Positions 9,643 through 20,005 are shown, numbered from the stretch's first letter. The stretch: 64,000 bases of DNA from an uncultured Bacilli bacterium (GCA_934183155.1 CAKPSB010000002.1:64834-128833); one strand, 5' to 3'. Translations and numbers: made by a program. The notes: generated by a model from the letters alone, not told the origin.

Positions 9643-9746
9643 ACATTTATTTTAATGTATGACAAAGTAGTCTTTCACAATCCCTTTAAAATAGGGCTAA
9701 ACTCCCCACTGGGAAGTTGTTTGTCAGCCATCCTTATCCTGCTAAA
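9643..9746 (+). ncRNA. candidate structured RNA/DNA element inside the island's non-coding region (function unknown)
   Basis: Locally GC-rich. Outer inverted repeat TGACAAA…TTTGTCA encloses two hairpins (CCCT-ttaaaat-AGGG and TCCC-cact-GGGA). No ORF. Confidence 0.25.
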
Positions 9747-9924
9747 AACAAACACGCGGAATATTTAGAAAATTAGAGAATTAAAGTCATAAGTTATGTA
9801 CCCAATTTTATATAAAAACAATAAAAAAATTTATTAAGGAGGAGTGATTTATAAGATGTAAAAGTAATATAAATTTAAGTTTTAGGAATATATTTAAGTA
9901 TGAAACCAAAAGGGGTAGATTGGT

Positions 9925-10110
9925 ATGATAATAACTGAAACTTTTAAAAATGGTGGTAAAGATATTGGGGCTTTATTACAAGAATATGTATGCTTAATAC
10001 TTAAATATAAAGATGAAAATGGTAAAATAGATGACACAAATGATGGTAAGAGAGTTATAATGGAATCGGCAAACAAGATGCTATGCAAAAGAAAGGAGAA
10101 TAATGTATAG
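9925..10110 (+). CDS. small hypothetical protein overlapping the recombinase start; possible accessory or directionality factor
   Basis: 61-aa ORF preceded by GGGG RBS-like sequence; stop overlaps the recombinase ATG. Confidence 0.25.
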   Translation: MIITETFKNGGKDIGALLQEYVCLILKYKDENGKIDDTNDGKRVIMESANKMLCKRKENNV

Positions 10111-11677
10111 CACAGTAAAACCGCCATCATTTTATAATGTAGGAATATATATAAGATTATCGCAAGAAGATGAGGATAAAGCACATAAAAGAGAGTCTGA
10201 AAGCGAAAGTGTATTAAATCAAAGAAGTTTACTTATGAACTTTTTGAGGGATAATGGATTTGTTTTAACTGATGAGTATGTTGATGATGGATATTCAGGT
10301 ACTAACTTTGATAGACCAGCATTTAAAAGATTACTTGAAGACATAGAAAAAGGAAAAATAAATTGTGTCATAACTAAAGACTTATCAAGATTAGGTAGAG
10401 ATTATATCAAATGTGGTTATTATATAGAACAATATTTTCCATTAAAGAAAGTTAGATATATATCTATACTAGATAATGTAGATACTTTTCTAGATTCTGC
10501 AAATAATGATATAGCACCTTTCAAAGCTTTATTTAATGATATGACTAGTAAAGATACATCAAAGAAAATAAAATCAATATTAAGAGATAAAAAAGTGAAA
10601 GGTAAGTTTATAGGTAGTAAACCCAGTTTTGGCTATATGAGAGATCCACTTGATAAAGGACATCTAGTGCCAAACCCAGACACAGCATGGATAGTAAAAA
10701 GAATATTTAATGAAGTATCAAGAGGAGATAAAATATCAGATATAATTGAAAGATTAAATAATGAGAATATTCCAACACCAAGTGCATATAAACAAATAAA
10801 AAAATCAAAAAGACAAATAAATGGATATATTTGGACTTGTAGTACGATTAACAAAATATTAAAAAATAGAATGTATACTGGTGATATGATTCAAAATGTT
10901 CAGACAAAATTAAACTATAAATCACAAAAGAGAATATGTCTTTCTAGTGAATATTGGATAATTGTAGAAAATACTCATGAACCATTAGTAAATAGGGTAA
11001 TATTTAATCAAATACAGACAAGTGCTAATAGAACTAGAACAGTAAAATTAAACCGTCCACAGAGGCTATTAGAGGGCTTACTTTATTGCAAAGAGTGTGG
11101 TAATAAGCTAACGGTTAGTTATAGGGAAAAGCGCAATTACTGGTCTATAAATTGCAATAAATATTCTAGAAGTCCAAGACAAAGATTATGTGAACCACAT
11201 TTTTCAGAATATAATAGTTTTGAAAAAATAATTTTAAATCAAATCAAAAAAACTTGTAAAAAATATATAGAAAAAGTTGACATTGATAGTTTAGTATCTA
11301 ATATAAAAAGTGAGAAGGATAACAAGGAAGATTTGATTATAGAAAAACAAAAATTAGAAAGTAATATCAAAGAACTACAACTAAAAATAGATGCTTTATA
11401 TGAAGATAAATATAATGGGATAATCTCAGTTGATACTTATACAAGATTATCTTCTAATACAGAAAATCTAATAAGAACATACAACTCTAGAATAAAAGAA
11501 TTAGAAAATTCTATTAATGAAGTTCCTAAAAAACATAATGATGAAGAAATAAAACAAAAAATAAAAGAATTAATTAGTATGAAAAAACCTACTAGAGAAT
11601 TATTATTTATACTAGTAGATAAAATAATTGTTGATAAAGATAAAAATGTAGAAATAATATATAATTTTAATAAATAA
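10103..11677 (+). CDS. large serine recombinase (resolvase/invertase N-terminal catalytic domain, recombinase domain, zinc ribbon and coiled-coil)
   Basis: 'VGIYIRLSQED', 'YVDDGYSGTNFDRPAFKRLLEDI', 'ITKDLSRLGRD', Cys-rich 'CKECGNKL…C' zinc ribbon, C-terminal coiled-coil; 524 aa. Confidence 0.85.
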   Translation: MYSTVKPPSFYNVGIYIRLSQEDEDKAHKRESESESVLNQRSLLMNFLRDNGFVLTDEYVDDGYSGTNFDRPAFKRLLEDIEKGKINCVITKDLSRLGRDYIKCGYYIEQYFPLKKVRYISILDNVDTFLDSANNDIAPFKALFNDMTSKDTSKKIKSILRDKKVKGKFIGSKPSFGYMRDPLDKGHLVPNPDTAWIVKRIFNEVSRGDKISDIIERLNNENIPTPSAYKQIKKSKRQINGYIWTCSTINKILKNRMYTGDMIQNVQTKLNYKSQKRICLSSEYWIIVENTHEPLVNRVIFNQIQTSANRTRTVKLNRPQRLLEGLLYCKECGNKLTVSYREKRNYWSINCNKYSRSPRQRLCEPHFSEYNSFEKIILNQIKKTCKKYIEKVDIDSLVSNIKSEKDNKEDLIIEKQKLESNIKELQLKIDALYEDKYNGIISVDTYTRLSSNTENLIRTYNSRIKELENSINEVPKKHNDEEIKQKIKELISMKKPTRELLFILVDKIIVDKDKNVEIIYNFNK

Positions 11678-11730
11678 AAGGTTAGTTAATACCTGCCTAC
11701 ATTCCACGACTTCGGGGGAGGAGAAGGTGC

Positions 11731-12661
11731 TGAAGTAATATACGCTTTAAGAGATAATAGTAATTTAGCAAAAAATATATTAACCTCATTAGGAAATGCT
11801 GGCCAAAAAATGAGAAAATATTTTCAAAGAAGATTACCAAGTAATACATCAAAAGATTATTACTTTATCCACAGAAATACAGGTCAAAATACAAAACCAG
11901 TAATTGTAGAATATGGTTTTATTGATAATCCTAAAGATTTAGCAAAAATTCAAGAAAATTATAAAAAATATGTTGATGCAGTGGTTGATGCAGTCATAAA
12001 AACTTATGAAGGTAAAACAATAGAAAACTTACCATCAAATGGAAAATATTATACAGTAAAAGCAGGCGATAGCCTATGGAAAATCGCTAAAGAAAATAAT
12101 ACAACAGTAGATGAAATTAAAAAATTAAATAACTTAAAATCCAACAATTTAGTAGTCGGTCAAACATTAAAATTAAGTGAAAAAACAAATGACAGCGATA
12201 AATATATTGTAATGAGTGGCGATAGTCTATGGAAAATCGCCAACCAATATGGTCTTACCGTAAATCAGTTAAAACAATTAAATAATTTAACAAGCGATAA
12301 TCTAGAAATTGGCCAAGAATTAAAAATAAAAAACAATATGGCAAAAGATGAGACAAATATATATACAGTAAAAGCAGGCGATAGTCTATGGAAAATTGCA
12401 AGCCAATATGGTCTTACCGTAAATCAGTTAAAGCAATTAAATAATTTAACAAGTGATAATTTAGAAATTGGCCAAAAGTTAAAAATAAAAAACAATATAT
12501 CAAAAGATGAGACAAATATATATACAGTAAAAGCAGGTGATAGTCTTTGGAATATTGCAAACAGATTCAAAACAACTGTTAATGAATTAAAAAAGTTAAA
12601 TAATTTAACTAACAATTATTTAACAATAGGACAAACATTAAAAATTCCAACTACCGATTAA
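11731..12661 (+). pseudogene. 3′ portion of the interrupted amidase gene: remainder of the Amidase_3 domain plus four LysM repeats. The amidase frame is open upstream through element DNA from 11690 (stop codon at 11687-11689); the six-frame-track ORF starts at an internal ATG at 11810
   Basis: 'GGGEGAEVIYALRDN…', 'YYFIHRNTGQNTKPVIVEYGFIDNPKD'; four LysM motifs 'YTVKAGDSLWKIA…'. Confidence 0.65.
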
Positions 12662-12666
12662 ACAAA

Positions 12667-13710
12667 TTATTCAATATTTTTAACAAGGTCAAATTTATAT
12701 CCTTGTTTTTTCATATTATTTATAAAAGAATCCAAAGCAAGATAATTACCTTTATTCTTAGGATGCATCAAATAAATTGCACCTCTGTGAGCTCTTATAG
12801 TAAGCTCATTTAAAGCTTTTTCCTTAGTAACATCATCTTCAAAATCCAAATAATCAGCACTATAAAAATAAGTTTTATACCCCAAATCCTTCATTATTTG
12901 AAGAGTTCTAAAGCTCCATTCACCCCGAGGCTCCCTATAAATTTTTTCCATTTGCTTGCCAGTTGCCTTATTATATGTATCCTCTACGCTAACAATCTCT
13001 TCTAAATATTTATCAAAATTTTCCTTGTTTGCCAAAGAAGGCATAGACAAATGTCGAGAAGTATGATTAGCAATAGTATGTCCCATCTCATCCATTTGCT
13101 TAATCAAAGTAGCATTATCTTCAATAAATTTTCTACATAAGAAAAAAGTAGCCTTGACATTATTTTTGTTTAAAACATCAACTATTTCCTTCAAATACGT
13201 ATCATTACTGCCCTCATCAAAAGTTAAATATAAAGTCTTTTCATCCGGCCCCATAAAAAAGGCATTAAATTTTTTAAGTTCATTAATATCAGCTCCACCA
13301 GAAGGCCTCTCACCATTTTTTTTATTATTACTCCACCAACCCCTTAAAGTATTATCAATATCATCATACTCGTCTTTATAAATAGGCAAATTGTTTGCAA
13401 TAACCTTTATAAATCTATGCGCCTTAGCAATTTCTCCTTCTTTATTTGTAACAAAATATATTAATTCATAAGTTCCTTCTTTACTTAAAACTTTTCCCTT
13501 AATCCTTACCTTATCAGTAAGATCACCATTATCATCATAAGCTTTAAAACCAGCCTCTTCATATTTTTCATTCAAATTAATAGTCACAATATGTTGACCA
13601 TTTAGTATTATTTTAGGAACAGTTGACGTGCTTTTTGTAAATTTTGAGTAAATAAAAAAACTAGCAGAGGCAAAAAAAACAATATAAATAATAAACTTTT
13701 TTTTCACCAA
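12667..13710 (-). CDS. membrane-anchored polysaccharide deacetylase (NodB homology domain; peptidoglycan/chitooligosaccharide deacetylase family)
   Basis: 'LTFDEGSND', 'HTIANHTSRH', N-terminal TM anchor. Confidence 0.75.
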   Translation of the reverse strand: MVKKKFIIYIVFFASASFFIYSKFTKSTSTVPKIILNGQHIVTINLNEKYEEAGFKAYDDNGDLTDKVRIKGKVLSKEGTYELIYFVTNKEGEIAKAHRFIKVIANNLPIYKDEYDDIDNTLRGWWSNNKKNGERPSGGADINELKKFNAFFMGPDEKTLYLTFDEGSNDTYLKEIVDVLNKNNVKATFFLCRKFIEDNATLIKQMDEMGHTIANHTSRHLSMPSLANKENFDKYLEEIVSVEDTYNKATGKQMEKIYREPRGEWSFRTLQIMKDLGYKTYFYSADYLDFEDDVTKEKALNELTIRAHRGAIYLMHPKNKGNYLALDSFINNMKKQGYKFDLVKNIE

Positions 13711-13808
13711 ATCACCCTATAAAAGCATATGTAAACAAGCAAAATATAATACATCATATTGCACTTTATTTTTATTTAATATATAATCAAAGTAGGAGAT
13801 GATGGGGC

Positions 13809-15179
13809 ATGAAAATAACAAAAAAAATAAATCCAGATATTTTCAGAGAATACGATATCAGAGGAATCTACGGTACTGATTTAAATGAAGATGTAGCATA
13901 TACCATAGGAAAAGCCTTTGGCAGCTTTGTTCGTGACCTTGGAGAAAGTAAAGTAGCATTAGGTCATGATAATCGAGCAAGCCATAGCGAGCTTTATCCA
14001 GCTCTAATGCAAGGAATACTAGATAGCGGAATTAATGTGCTAAGCCTAGGACTTATTACAACGCCAATGCACAATTTTGCCAAAATACACTATAACGTTA
14101 ATGCCGGTATAATGGTTACCGCAAGTCATAACCCAAAAGAATATAATGGTTTTAAAATGTCAGTAGAAAAAGAAAAATCACTTTATGCCGATGAATTAAA
14201 ATCATTTAAAAGTTACTTAGAATGTTATGATTTTTATGATGGGGAAGGTTGTGTAATAGAAGAAGACATAATGCCAGCCTATATTCAAAACATAAAAAAG
14301 TCATTAAACTTTGGCAATAAAAAAGTGAAAGCCGTTATTGATTGTGGAAATGGAACCGGCAGCATTTTTATTGAAAATATTTTAAAACAATTTAATATTG
14401 AATATAAACTTTTATACTGCGAAAGTAATTCCGATTTTCCAAATCATATTCCAGATCCAGCCGTTAAAGAAAATATGAAAGATTTAGGAAAAAAAGTCAA
14501 AGAACTTGGATATGACATTGGACTTGCTGTTGATGGAGATGCCGATAGATGTGGCATGGTTTTAGAAGACGGGACATTTATCTCAGCCGACTTAATTATG
14601 CTTATATTTTATCGTAGCTTAGCCAGTACCATGGAAGTGCGCAAAGGCGTATTCGATGTTAAATGTTCTAAAACCTTAATCGATGAAATAGAAAAATTAG
14701 GATTAGAGCCAATAATGAATAGAACCGGCAGTGTCTATTGTCGTGACTTTGTAGCCGAAAATAATTTAAGCTTTGGGGGTGAATACTCCGGACATCTATT
14801 CTTTAGAGATCGTTACCTAGGTTTTGATGATGGAATTTATGGTATATTAAGAATGCTAGAAATAATGTCAAAGACAGAAAAAAAACCGAGTGAACTACTC
14901 GCCAACATTAATAAATATTTTTCAACCGACGAAATAAAAATAAAAGTTACTGATGAAAATAAGTTTGAAATTGTCAAAGGGGTTATAAAATATGCCAAAG
15001 AAAAAAAATATAACTACAGCTTAGTCGATGGAATCAGAGTAACATTTTCCGATGGCTTTGCCTTAGTTAGAGCCAGTAACACAGGCCCTAATTTAACTGT
15101 TAGATATGAAGCAAGCAGCGGTAAAAGACTTAGTGAAATACAAAAAGAGTTTAATTCAGTGATAGAAAAATTAAAATAA
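13809..15179 (+). CDS. phosphomannomutase/phosphoglucomutase (alpha-D-phosphohexomutase family)
   Basis: 'FREYDIRGI', active-site 'TASHNP', 'GDGDADR' metal-binding loop. Confidence 0.85.
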   Translation: MKITKKINPDIFREYDIRGIYGTDLNEDVAYTIGKAFGSFVRDLGESKVALGHDNRASHSELYPALMQGILDSGINVLSLGLITTPMHNFAKIHYNVNAGIMVTASHNPKEYNGFKMSVEKEKSLYADELKSFKSYLECYDFYDGEGCVIEEDIMPAYIQNIKKSLNFGNKKVKAVIDCGNGTGSIFIENILKQFNIEYKLLYCESNSDFPNHIPDPAVKENMKDLGKKVKELGYDIGLAVDGDADRCGMVLEDGTFISADLIMLIFYRSLASTMEVRKGVFDVKCSKTLIDEIEKLGLEPIMNRTGSVYCRDFVAENNLSFGGEYSGHLFFRDRYLGFDDGIYGILRMLEIMSKTEKKPSELLANINKYFSTDEIKIKVTDENKFEIVKGVIKYAKEKKYNYSLVDGIRVTFSDGFALVRASNTGPNLTVRYEASSGKRLSEIQKEFNSVIEKLK

Positions 15180-15227
15180 ATTATATAGTATTGAAATCAA
15201 TAATAAAATATTATATAATTTCTATAT

Positions 15228-15301
15228 GCCGCAATAGTATAAAGGTATTACGAGGCCATGGTAAGGCTTTAATCGGCGTTCAATTCGCCGTTGCGGCACC
15301 A
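15228..15301 (+). tRNA. tRNA-Thr (anticodon GGT)
   Basis: Folded by hand. Acceptor GCCGCAA/TTGCGGC + A + CCA; anticodon stem AGGCC/GGCTT with loop ATGGTAA; T-arm CGGCG-TTCAATT-CGCCG. Confidence 0.75.
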
Positions 15302-15312
15302 TAATGATAAAA

Positions 15313-15338
15313 TCGTCACCAAAAGTGACGTTTTTTTA
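15313..15338 (+). terminator. rho-independent terminator after the tRNA
   Basis: CGTCAC-caaaa-GTGACG followed by TTTTTTT. Confidence 0.6.
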
Positions 15339-15372
15339 AAAAATAAACTATAAAATGGAAGGCGGAAAAAGC

Positions 15373-16050
15373 ATGTATAAACTAATATTAGTAAGGCACG
15401 GACAAAGCGTATGGAATTTAGAAAATAAATTTACAGGATGGACCGATGTAGATTTGTCAAAAAAAGGAATAGAAGAAGCCAAAGAAGCCGGTCAAAAACT
15501 AAAAAAAAATAATCTCCACTTTGATCTAGCCTATACCTCATATTTAAAAAGAGCACAAAACACATTAAAAATAATTCTAAATGAATTAGGTGACAGTCCA
15601 ACTATAAAAAAAAGCTATAAACTAAATGAAAGACATTACGGAGCCTTACAAGGTTTAAATAAAGCAGAAACAGCCAAAAAATATGGCGATGAGCAAGTAA
15701 AATTATGGCGAAGAAGCGCCAAAGTAAGACCACCAAAACTTTCATTAGATGATCCAAGATATCCAGGTAACGATCCACTATATGATGGAATAAAAAATCT
15801 ACCAGTTTGTGAAAATCTACTTGACACCGTAAAAAGAGTAGTAGAATATTATAAAGAAGAAATAAAGCCCAATTTAAAAAATCATCAAATAATTATAGTT
15901 GCCCACGGTAATAGCCTAAGAGGACTTATTAAATATTTAGATAATATTTCTGATGAAGATATTGTTAAACTAGAAATTCCAACAGGAAAGCCACTTTGTT
16001 ATGAACTAGACAACAATCTAAAACCTATAAAACATTATTATATTGATTAA
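15373..16050 (+). CDS. gpmA: 2,3-bisphosphoglycerate-dependent phosphoglycerate mutase
   Basis: '[24 protein letters not shown]' histidine-phosphatase signature; start chosen at MYKLIL after the GGAAGGCGG RBS. Confidence 0.9.
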   Translation: MYKLILVRHGQSVWNLENKFTGWTDVDLSKKGIEEAKEAGQKLKKNNLHFDLAYTSYLKRAQNTLKIILNELGDSPTIKKSYKLNERHYGALQGLNKAETAKKYGDEQVKLWRRSAKVRPPKLSLDDPRYPGNDPLYDGIKNLPVCENLLDTVKRVVEYYKEEIKPNLKNHQIIIVAHGNSLRGLIKYLDNISDEDIVKLEIPTGKPLCYELDNNLKPIKHYYID

Positions 16051-16129
16051 AGATGCATTGACATCTTTTAAATTATAATATAATATGATTATATGAACAA
16101 TAATTCATATAAAAAGAAAGAGGAATATA

Positions 16130-16429
16130 ATGCATAGTAAAGAACTACTTTCCGGCTTAGCCGAATTTTATAAAATTTTTGCCGACGCTACAAGACTTAG
16201 AATATTAGACCTACTTTTAGACAAAGAAAAATGCGTGTCAGAAATTGCCAGTAAATTAGATGTTTCACAATCCGCCATATCACATCAATTAAAAACATTA
16301 AGAGCATCTAATTTAGTAAAAACAAGAAAAAATGGCCAAACAGTAAATTATAGTATAACTGATAAGCATATAGAAATAATAATAAAATACGGACTAGAAC
16401 ATATAAAGGAGACAATTCATGAAAAATAA
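16130..16429 (+). CDS. ArsR/SmtB-family metalloregulator (alpha-5-site CzrA-like)
   Basis: HTH 'CVSEIASKLDVSQSAISHQLKTL'; C-terminal H/E-rich 'DKHIEIIIKYGLEHIKETIHE'; overlaps the downstream ATPase start. Confidence 0.8.
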   Translation: MHSKELLSGLAEFYKIFADATRLRILDLLLDKEKCVSEIASKLDVSQSAISHQLKTLRASNLVKTRKNGQTVNYSITDKHIEIIIKYGLEHIKETIHEK

Positions 16430-18239
16430 AAAAATTATTAAAATCATAATAAGCAGTATTATATATTTAATATCATTTTTATTGCCAAAAGAATCATTAA
16501 TCTATTTTGTCATGTTAATATTAAGTTATGTAATCATATCATATGATATATTCATTGATGCCTTTAAAACTATTCTTAAAGGAGAAATCTTTGATGAAAA
16601 TATGTTAATGATAATAGCCACCATAAGTGCTTTTATAATCAAACAATACCCAGAAGCAGTAATGGTTATGTTATTATTTGAAATAGGAGAATATCTATCA
16701 GATATGGCAATTGACTCCTCAAAAAAATCTATTACAAAACTTATGGATTTAAGAAGTGATTATGCCAATATTTGTCTAAATGATAAAATAAATAAAACAG
16801 ATATATTCAAAGTAAAAATAGGCGATGTTTTTATATGTAAGCCAGGTGAAAAAATTCCATTAGATGGCATAATTATCAGCGGCGAAAGCGACATTGATAC
16901 ATCAAGTTTAACCGGCGAAAGCATTCCAAAAACAGTCCATAAAGGGGATAAAGTCTTAAGCGGATGTATTAACAATAGTAACGTAATAAAAGTAAAAGTT
17001 ACAAGTAAAGCGGAAGATTCAACCGCTAGTAAAGTTATTAAGCTTATTGAAAATTCAAATGAAAGAAAAACAAAAACCGAAAAATTCATTACCAAATTCT
17101 CTAAAATATATACACCAGTAGTAGTAATTTTAGCTTTATTAATAGCCATAATTCCACCTTTAATTAAGGGAAACACCACCACATGGATTTATAGATCATT
17201 AGTATTTCTAGTTACCTCATGTCCATGTGCCCTAGTTATTTCCGTACCATTAGGATTTTTCTGTGGAATTGGTAAAGCCAGCAAAGAAGGTATATTAATA
17301 AAAGGATCAAGTGAACTCGAAAGCCTAACAAAAATAAAAGCCATTGTTTTAGATAAAACAGGCACCCTTACAAAAGGAAATTTTGAAGTAACAAAAATTT
17401 ACAGTAAAATAGGGGAAGAAAACCTATTAAAAATTGCCGCATATGGCGAACATTTTTCCAATCACCCAATAGCAAAATCAATAGAAAAAAAATATAACAA
17501 AGCCATCGATGAAAAAAAAGTAAAAGAATATAAAGAAATTAGTGGTCAAGGAATATCAGCTAAAATCGATGATAAAAACATTTTAATTGGTAACGCCAAA
17601 CTTATGAACGAAAATCATATTTTATTTGAACCAACAAACGAACTAGGAACCATCATTTATGTAGCAGTAGACAGTAACTATGTAGGATATTTAGCCATAT
17701 CCGATGAAATAAAAAAAGAAGCCTACAGCTTAGTAAACGCCCTATCAAAAGAAGGTATCAATAACGTAATAATGCTCTCAGGAGACAATGTAGATATTGC
17801 CAGTAAAGTATCAAATAAGTTAAAAATAAAAGAGTTTTATGGCAACTTACTTCCACAAGATAAAGCAGCAAAACTAGATGAAATAAAGCAAAAAGGATTT
17901 ACCGCTTTTGTTGGTGATGGTATAAACGACGCTCCAGTTATAAAACTTTCAGATATAGGAATAGCTATGGGTGCTCTAGGTAGTGATGCTGCCATTGAAG
18001 CTGCCGACATAGTCTTAATGCATGATGATTTAAATAAAATACCACTTGCTATAAAAATAGCTAAAAAAACCATAAAAACAGTAAAATTTAACATTATCTT
18101 TGCTCTAAGCTTTAAAATTCTAATGTTAACTCTTGCTACAGCCGGTTATGCCACAATCTGGATGGCCGTCTTTGCTGATGTAGGTATTACCTTACTTTCA
18201 ATTTTAAATTCACTAAAAATCATGCGTAAAAACTATTAA
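16419..18239 (+). CDS. heavy-metal-translocating P1B-type ATPase (Zn/Cd/Co exporter) lacking an N-terminal HMA domain
   Basis: 'CPC' in 'SCPCALV', 'DKTGTLT', 'GDGINDAP', 'TGES'. Confidence 0.85.
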   Translation: MKNKKIIKIIISSIIYLISFLLPKESLIYFVMLILSYVIISYDIFIDAFKTILKGEIFDENMLMIIATISAFIIKQYPEAVMVMLLFEIGEYLSDMAIDSSKKSITKLMDLRSDYANICLNDKINKTDIFKVKIGDVFICKPGEKIPLDGIIISGESDIDTSSLTGESIPKTVHKGDKVLSGCINNSNVIKVKVTSKAEDSTASKVIKLIENSNERKTKTEKFITKFSKIYTPVVVILALLIAIIPPLIKGNTTTWIYRSLVFLVTSCPCALVISVPLGFFCGIGKASKEGILIKGSSELESLTKIKAIVLDKTGTLTKGNFEVTKIYSKIGEENLLKIAAYGEHFSNHPIAKSIEKKYNKAIDEKKVKEYKEISGQGISAKIDDKNILIGNAKLMNENHILFEPTNELGTIIYVAVDSNYVGYLAISDEIKKEAYSLVNALSKEGINNVIMLSGDNVDIASKVSNKLKIKEFYGNLLPQDKAAKLDEIKQKGFTAFVGDGINDAPVIKLSDIGIAMGALGSDAAIEAADIVLMHDDLNKIPLAIKIAKKTIKTVKFNIIFALSFKILMLTLATAGYATIWMAVFADVGITLLSILNSLKIMRKNY

Positions 18240-18240
18240 G

Positions 18241-18268
18241 AAGAGTTTGATTTTAAACTCTTTTTTTG
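18241..18268 (+). terminator. rho-independent terminator
   Basis: AAGAGTTT-gatt-TTAAACTCTT followed by a T-tract. Confidence 0.6.
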
Positions 18269-18310
18269 CTATAATTAATAAGGCTTTTAAAAGAAAGAAA
18301 GGAGAAAAAA

Positions 18311-19956
18311 TGAGTAAAATTAAAATATTTGCCCTCGGCGGATTAAATGAAAACGGTAAAAACATGTATGTTGTTGATGTCGACCATGACATATTTATAT
18401 TTGATGCCGGATTAAAATATGCCGATGACAAAATGCTTGGAGTAGATTATATTATTCCTAGCTTTGAATATATTAAGAAAAACAAAAAAAATATCAAAGG
18501 AATTTTTATTACCCACGGGCACTATGATCATATGGGAGCCCTAACAGAAATATTGAAAGAAATTCCTGATTTAAAAATTTATGGTACAACATTTACCATG
18601 GAAATTATTAAAGATGAACTTTTAGCGGATAATTTAAATATTAAAAACTTACATATTATTAAACCACATAGAAAAATCAACTTTGGAAAAAATAGTATTT
18701 TTCCAATATCTCTTACCCATATGTTACCAGATAACGTTGGCTATGTTTTATATACCCCAGATGGTGCAATATTCTACACCGGTAATTTTGTGTTTGATTC
18801 AACCATGCTAGGTGGATATAAAACAGACATTGGAAAATTAGCTTATGTTGGAAAGCAAGGAGTTTTATGCTTACTTTCAGAATCACTATATGCTGATAAA
18901 AAAGGTTTCACATCGCCTAACCATCGAACAGCTAAAGCTATTAGAGAAATATTAAACCGTAATAATGGAAGAATTTTATATAATATCTATCAAGCTCAGC
19001 TTTATCGTATTCAAGAATTATTTAACGAAATAAAAAACACAGATCGTAATGTAGTTATTATGGGTAAAAATTTAGAATCAGTTATTTTAAAAGCTATCGA
19101 TATGCACTATGTCGATTTTGACAAAAAAAGAATTTGTCCAATTACCCACGTTAATGATCCTAAAATAGTTGTTATTGTATCAGATGAAAGAGAAAAACCA
19201 TTTTCAAACTTAAAAAGAATTGTTAGAGGATATGACAAATTCATCACAGTAACCCCAGAAGATACAATTATATTTGCCTCACCAATTGAAGATGGCATGG
19301 AAAGAACAGCCACCAAATTGCTTGATGGACTTGCTAAAATAGGTGCCAATGTCATCGAACTTTCCAAGAAAAAATACTTGTCACATCATGCTTCTTCAGA
19401 AGATTTAATGCTTATGCTAGATTTGATGAAACCAAAATATTACATGCCAGTCATTGGTGAATATCGTCATCAAGTCGCTAATGCCAACGTTGCTAAAGAA
19501 CTTGGAATGGATGAAAAAAACATTCTACTTAAACTTAATGGACAAGTAGCTTATTTTGAAAATGGACAGTTAATTGATAATGGTTGGAAAGAAAACGTTG
19601 ATGATATTTTAATCGATGGTGAAGTAGCAGGAGATGTAGGAGAACTAGTTCTTAAAGATCGTGAACTTTTAAGTGATAGTGGAATTGTTATTATCACCGC
19701 CACATTAGATAAACAAACAAAAAAGCTATTAGCTGGTCCAGAAGTTTTAACTAGAGGATTTATATTTGTTAAAAACAATATTGATCTAATAAAAGAAGCT
19801 AGTAACATAGCTACGAATATAATTAAAGAAAACACAAAAGAAAATTATATAGATTTTTCTAAAGTAAAATATGGAATCAGAGACAAAGTTGGAAAATATT
19901 TTTATGAACAAACAGAATGTAAACCAATGATATTAATTGTTATAGGAGAGGTGTAA
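18311..19956 (+). CDS. rnj: ribonuclease J (metallo-beta-lactamase/beta-CASP RNase)
   Basis: 'MSKIKIFALGGLNENGKNMY', 'HGHYDHMGAL'; start placed at 18311 after the AAGGAGAAAAA RBS; the track ORF start at 18247 is a spurious extension. Confidence 0.85.
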
Positions 19957-20005
19957 TACCTTTCCTTTTCTTTTTAACTGTTATATACTAACTATAGGTG
20001 AGAAT

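Larger units (their letters stand above)
2031..11730 (+). mobile_element. ~9.7 kb integrative element (large-serine-recombinase type) inserted in the amidase gene; carries a defence/restriction-modification cargo
   Basis: Split amidase gene. Recombinase gene is 25 bp from the right junction. GGTGC is shared at both junctions (2026-2030 and 11726-11730). Element-side DNA at the left junction partly mimics the amidase codons, as expected for attP/attB similarity. Confidence 0.6.

Noticed and set aside
9894-10184. 96-aa minus-strand ORF overlapping the recombinase start.
   Set aside because: It is hydrophobic low-complexity sequence antisense to a strongly supported gene.
16760-17182. 140-aa minus-strand ORF inside the P-type ATPase gene, and similar antisense ORFs in rnj, pnp, mutL and mutS.
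   Set aside because: They overlap well-supported genes on the opposite strand and have no RBS or homology signal; these are typical AT-rich frame artefacts.
18247-18310. Upstream in-frame extensions of the rnj, acyl-CoA ligase (35868), gpmA (15355), cotE (28198) and relA (57589) ORFs in the six-frame track.
   Set aside because: The extensions lack an RBS and add non-conserved residues. Internal ATGs with good Shine-Dalgarno spacing match the conserved protein N-termini.
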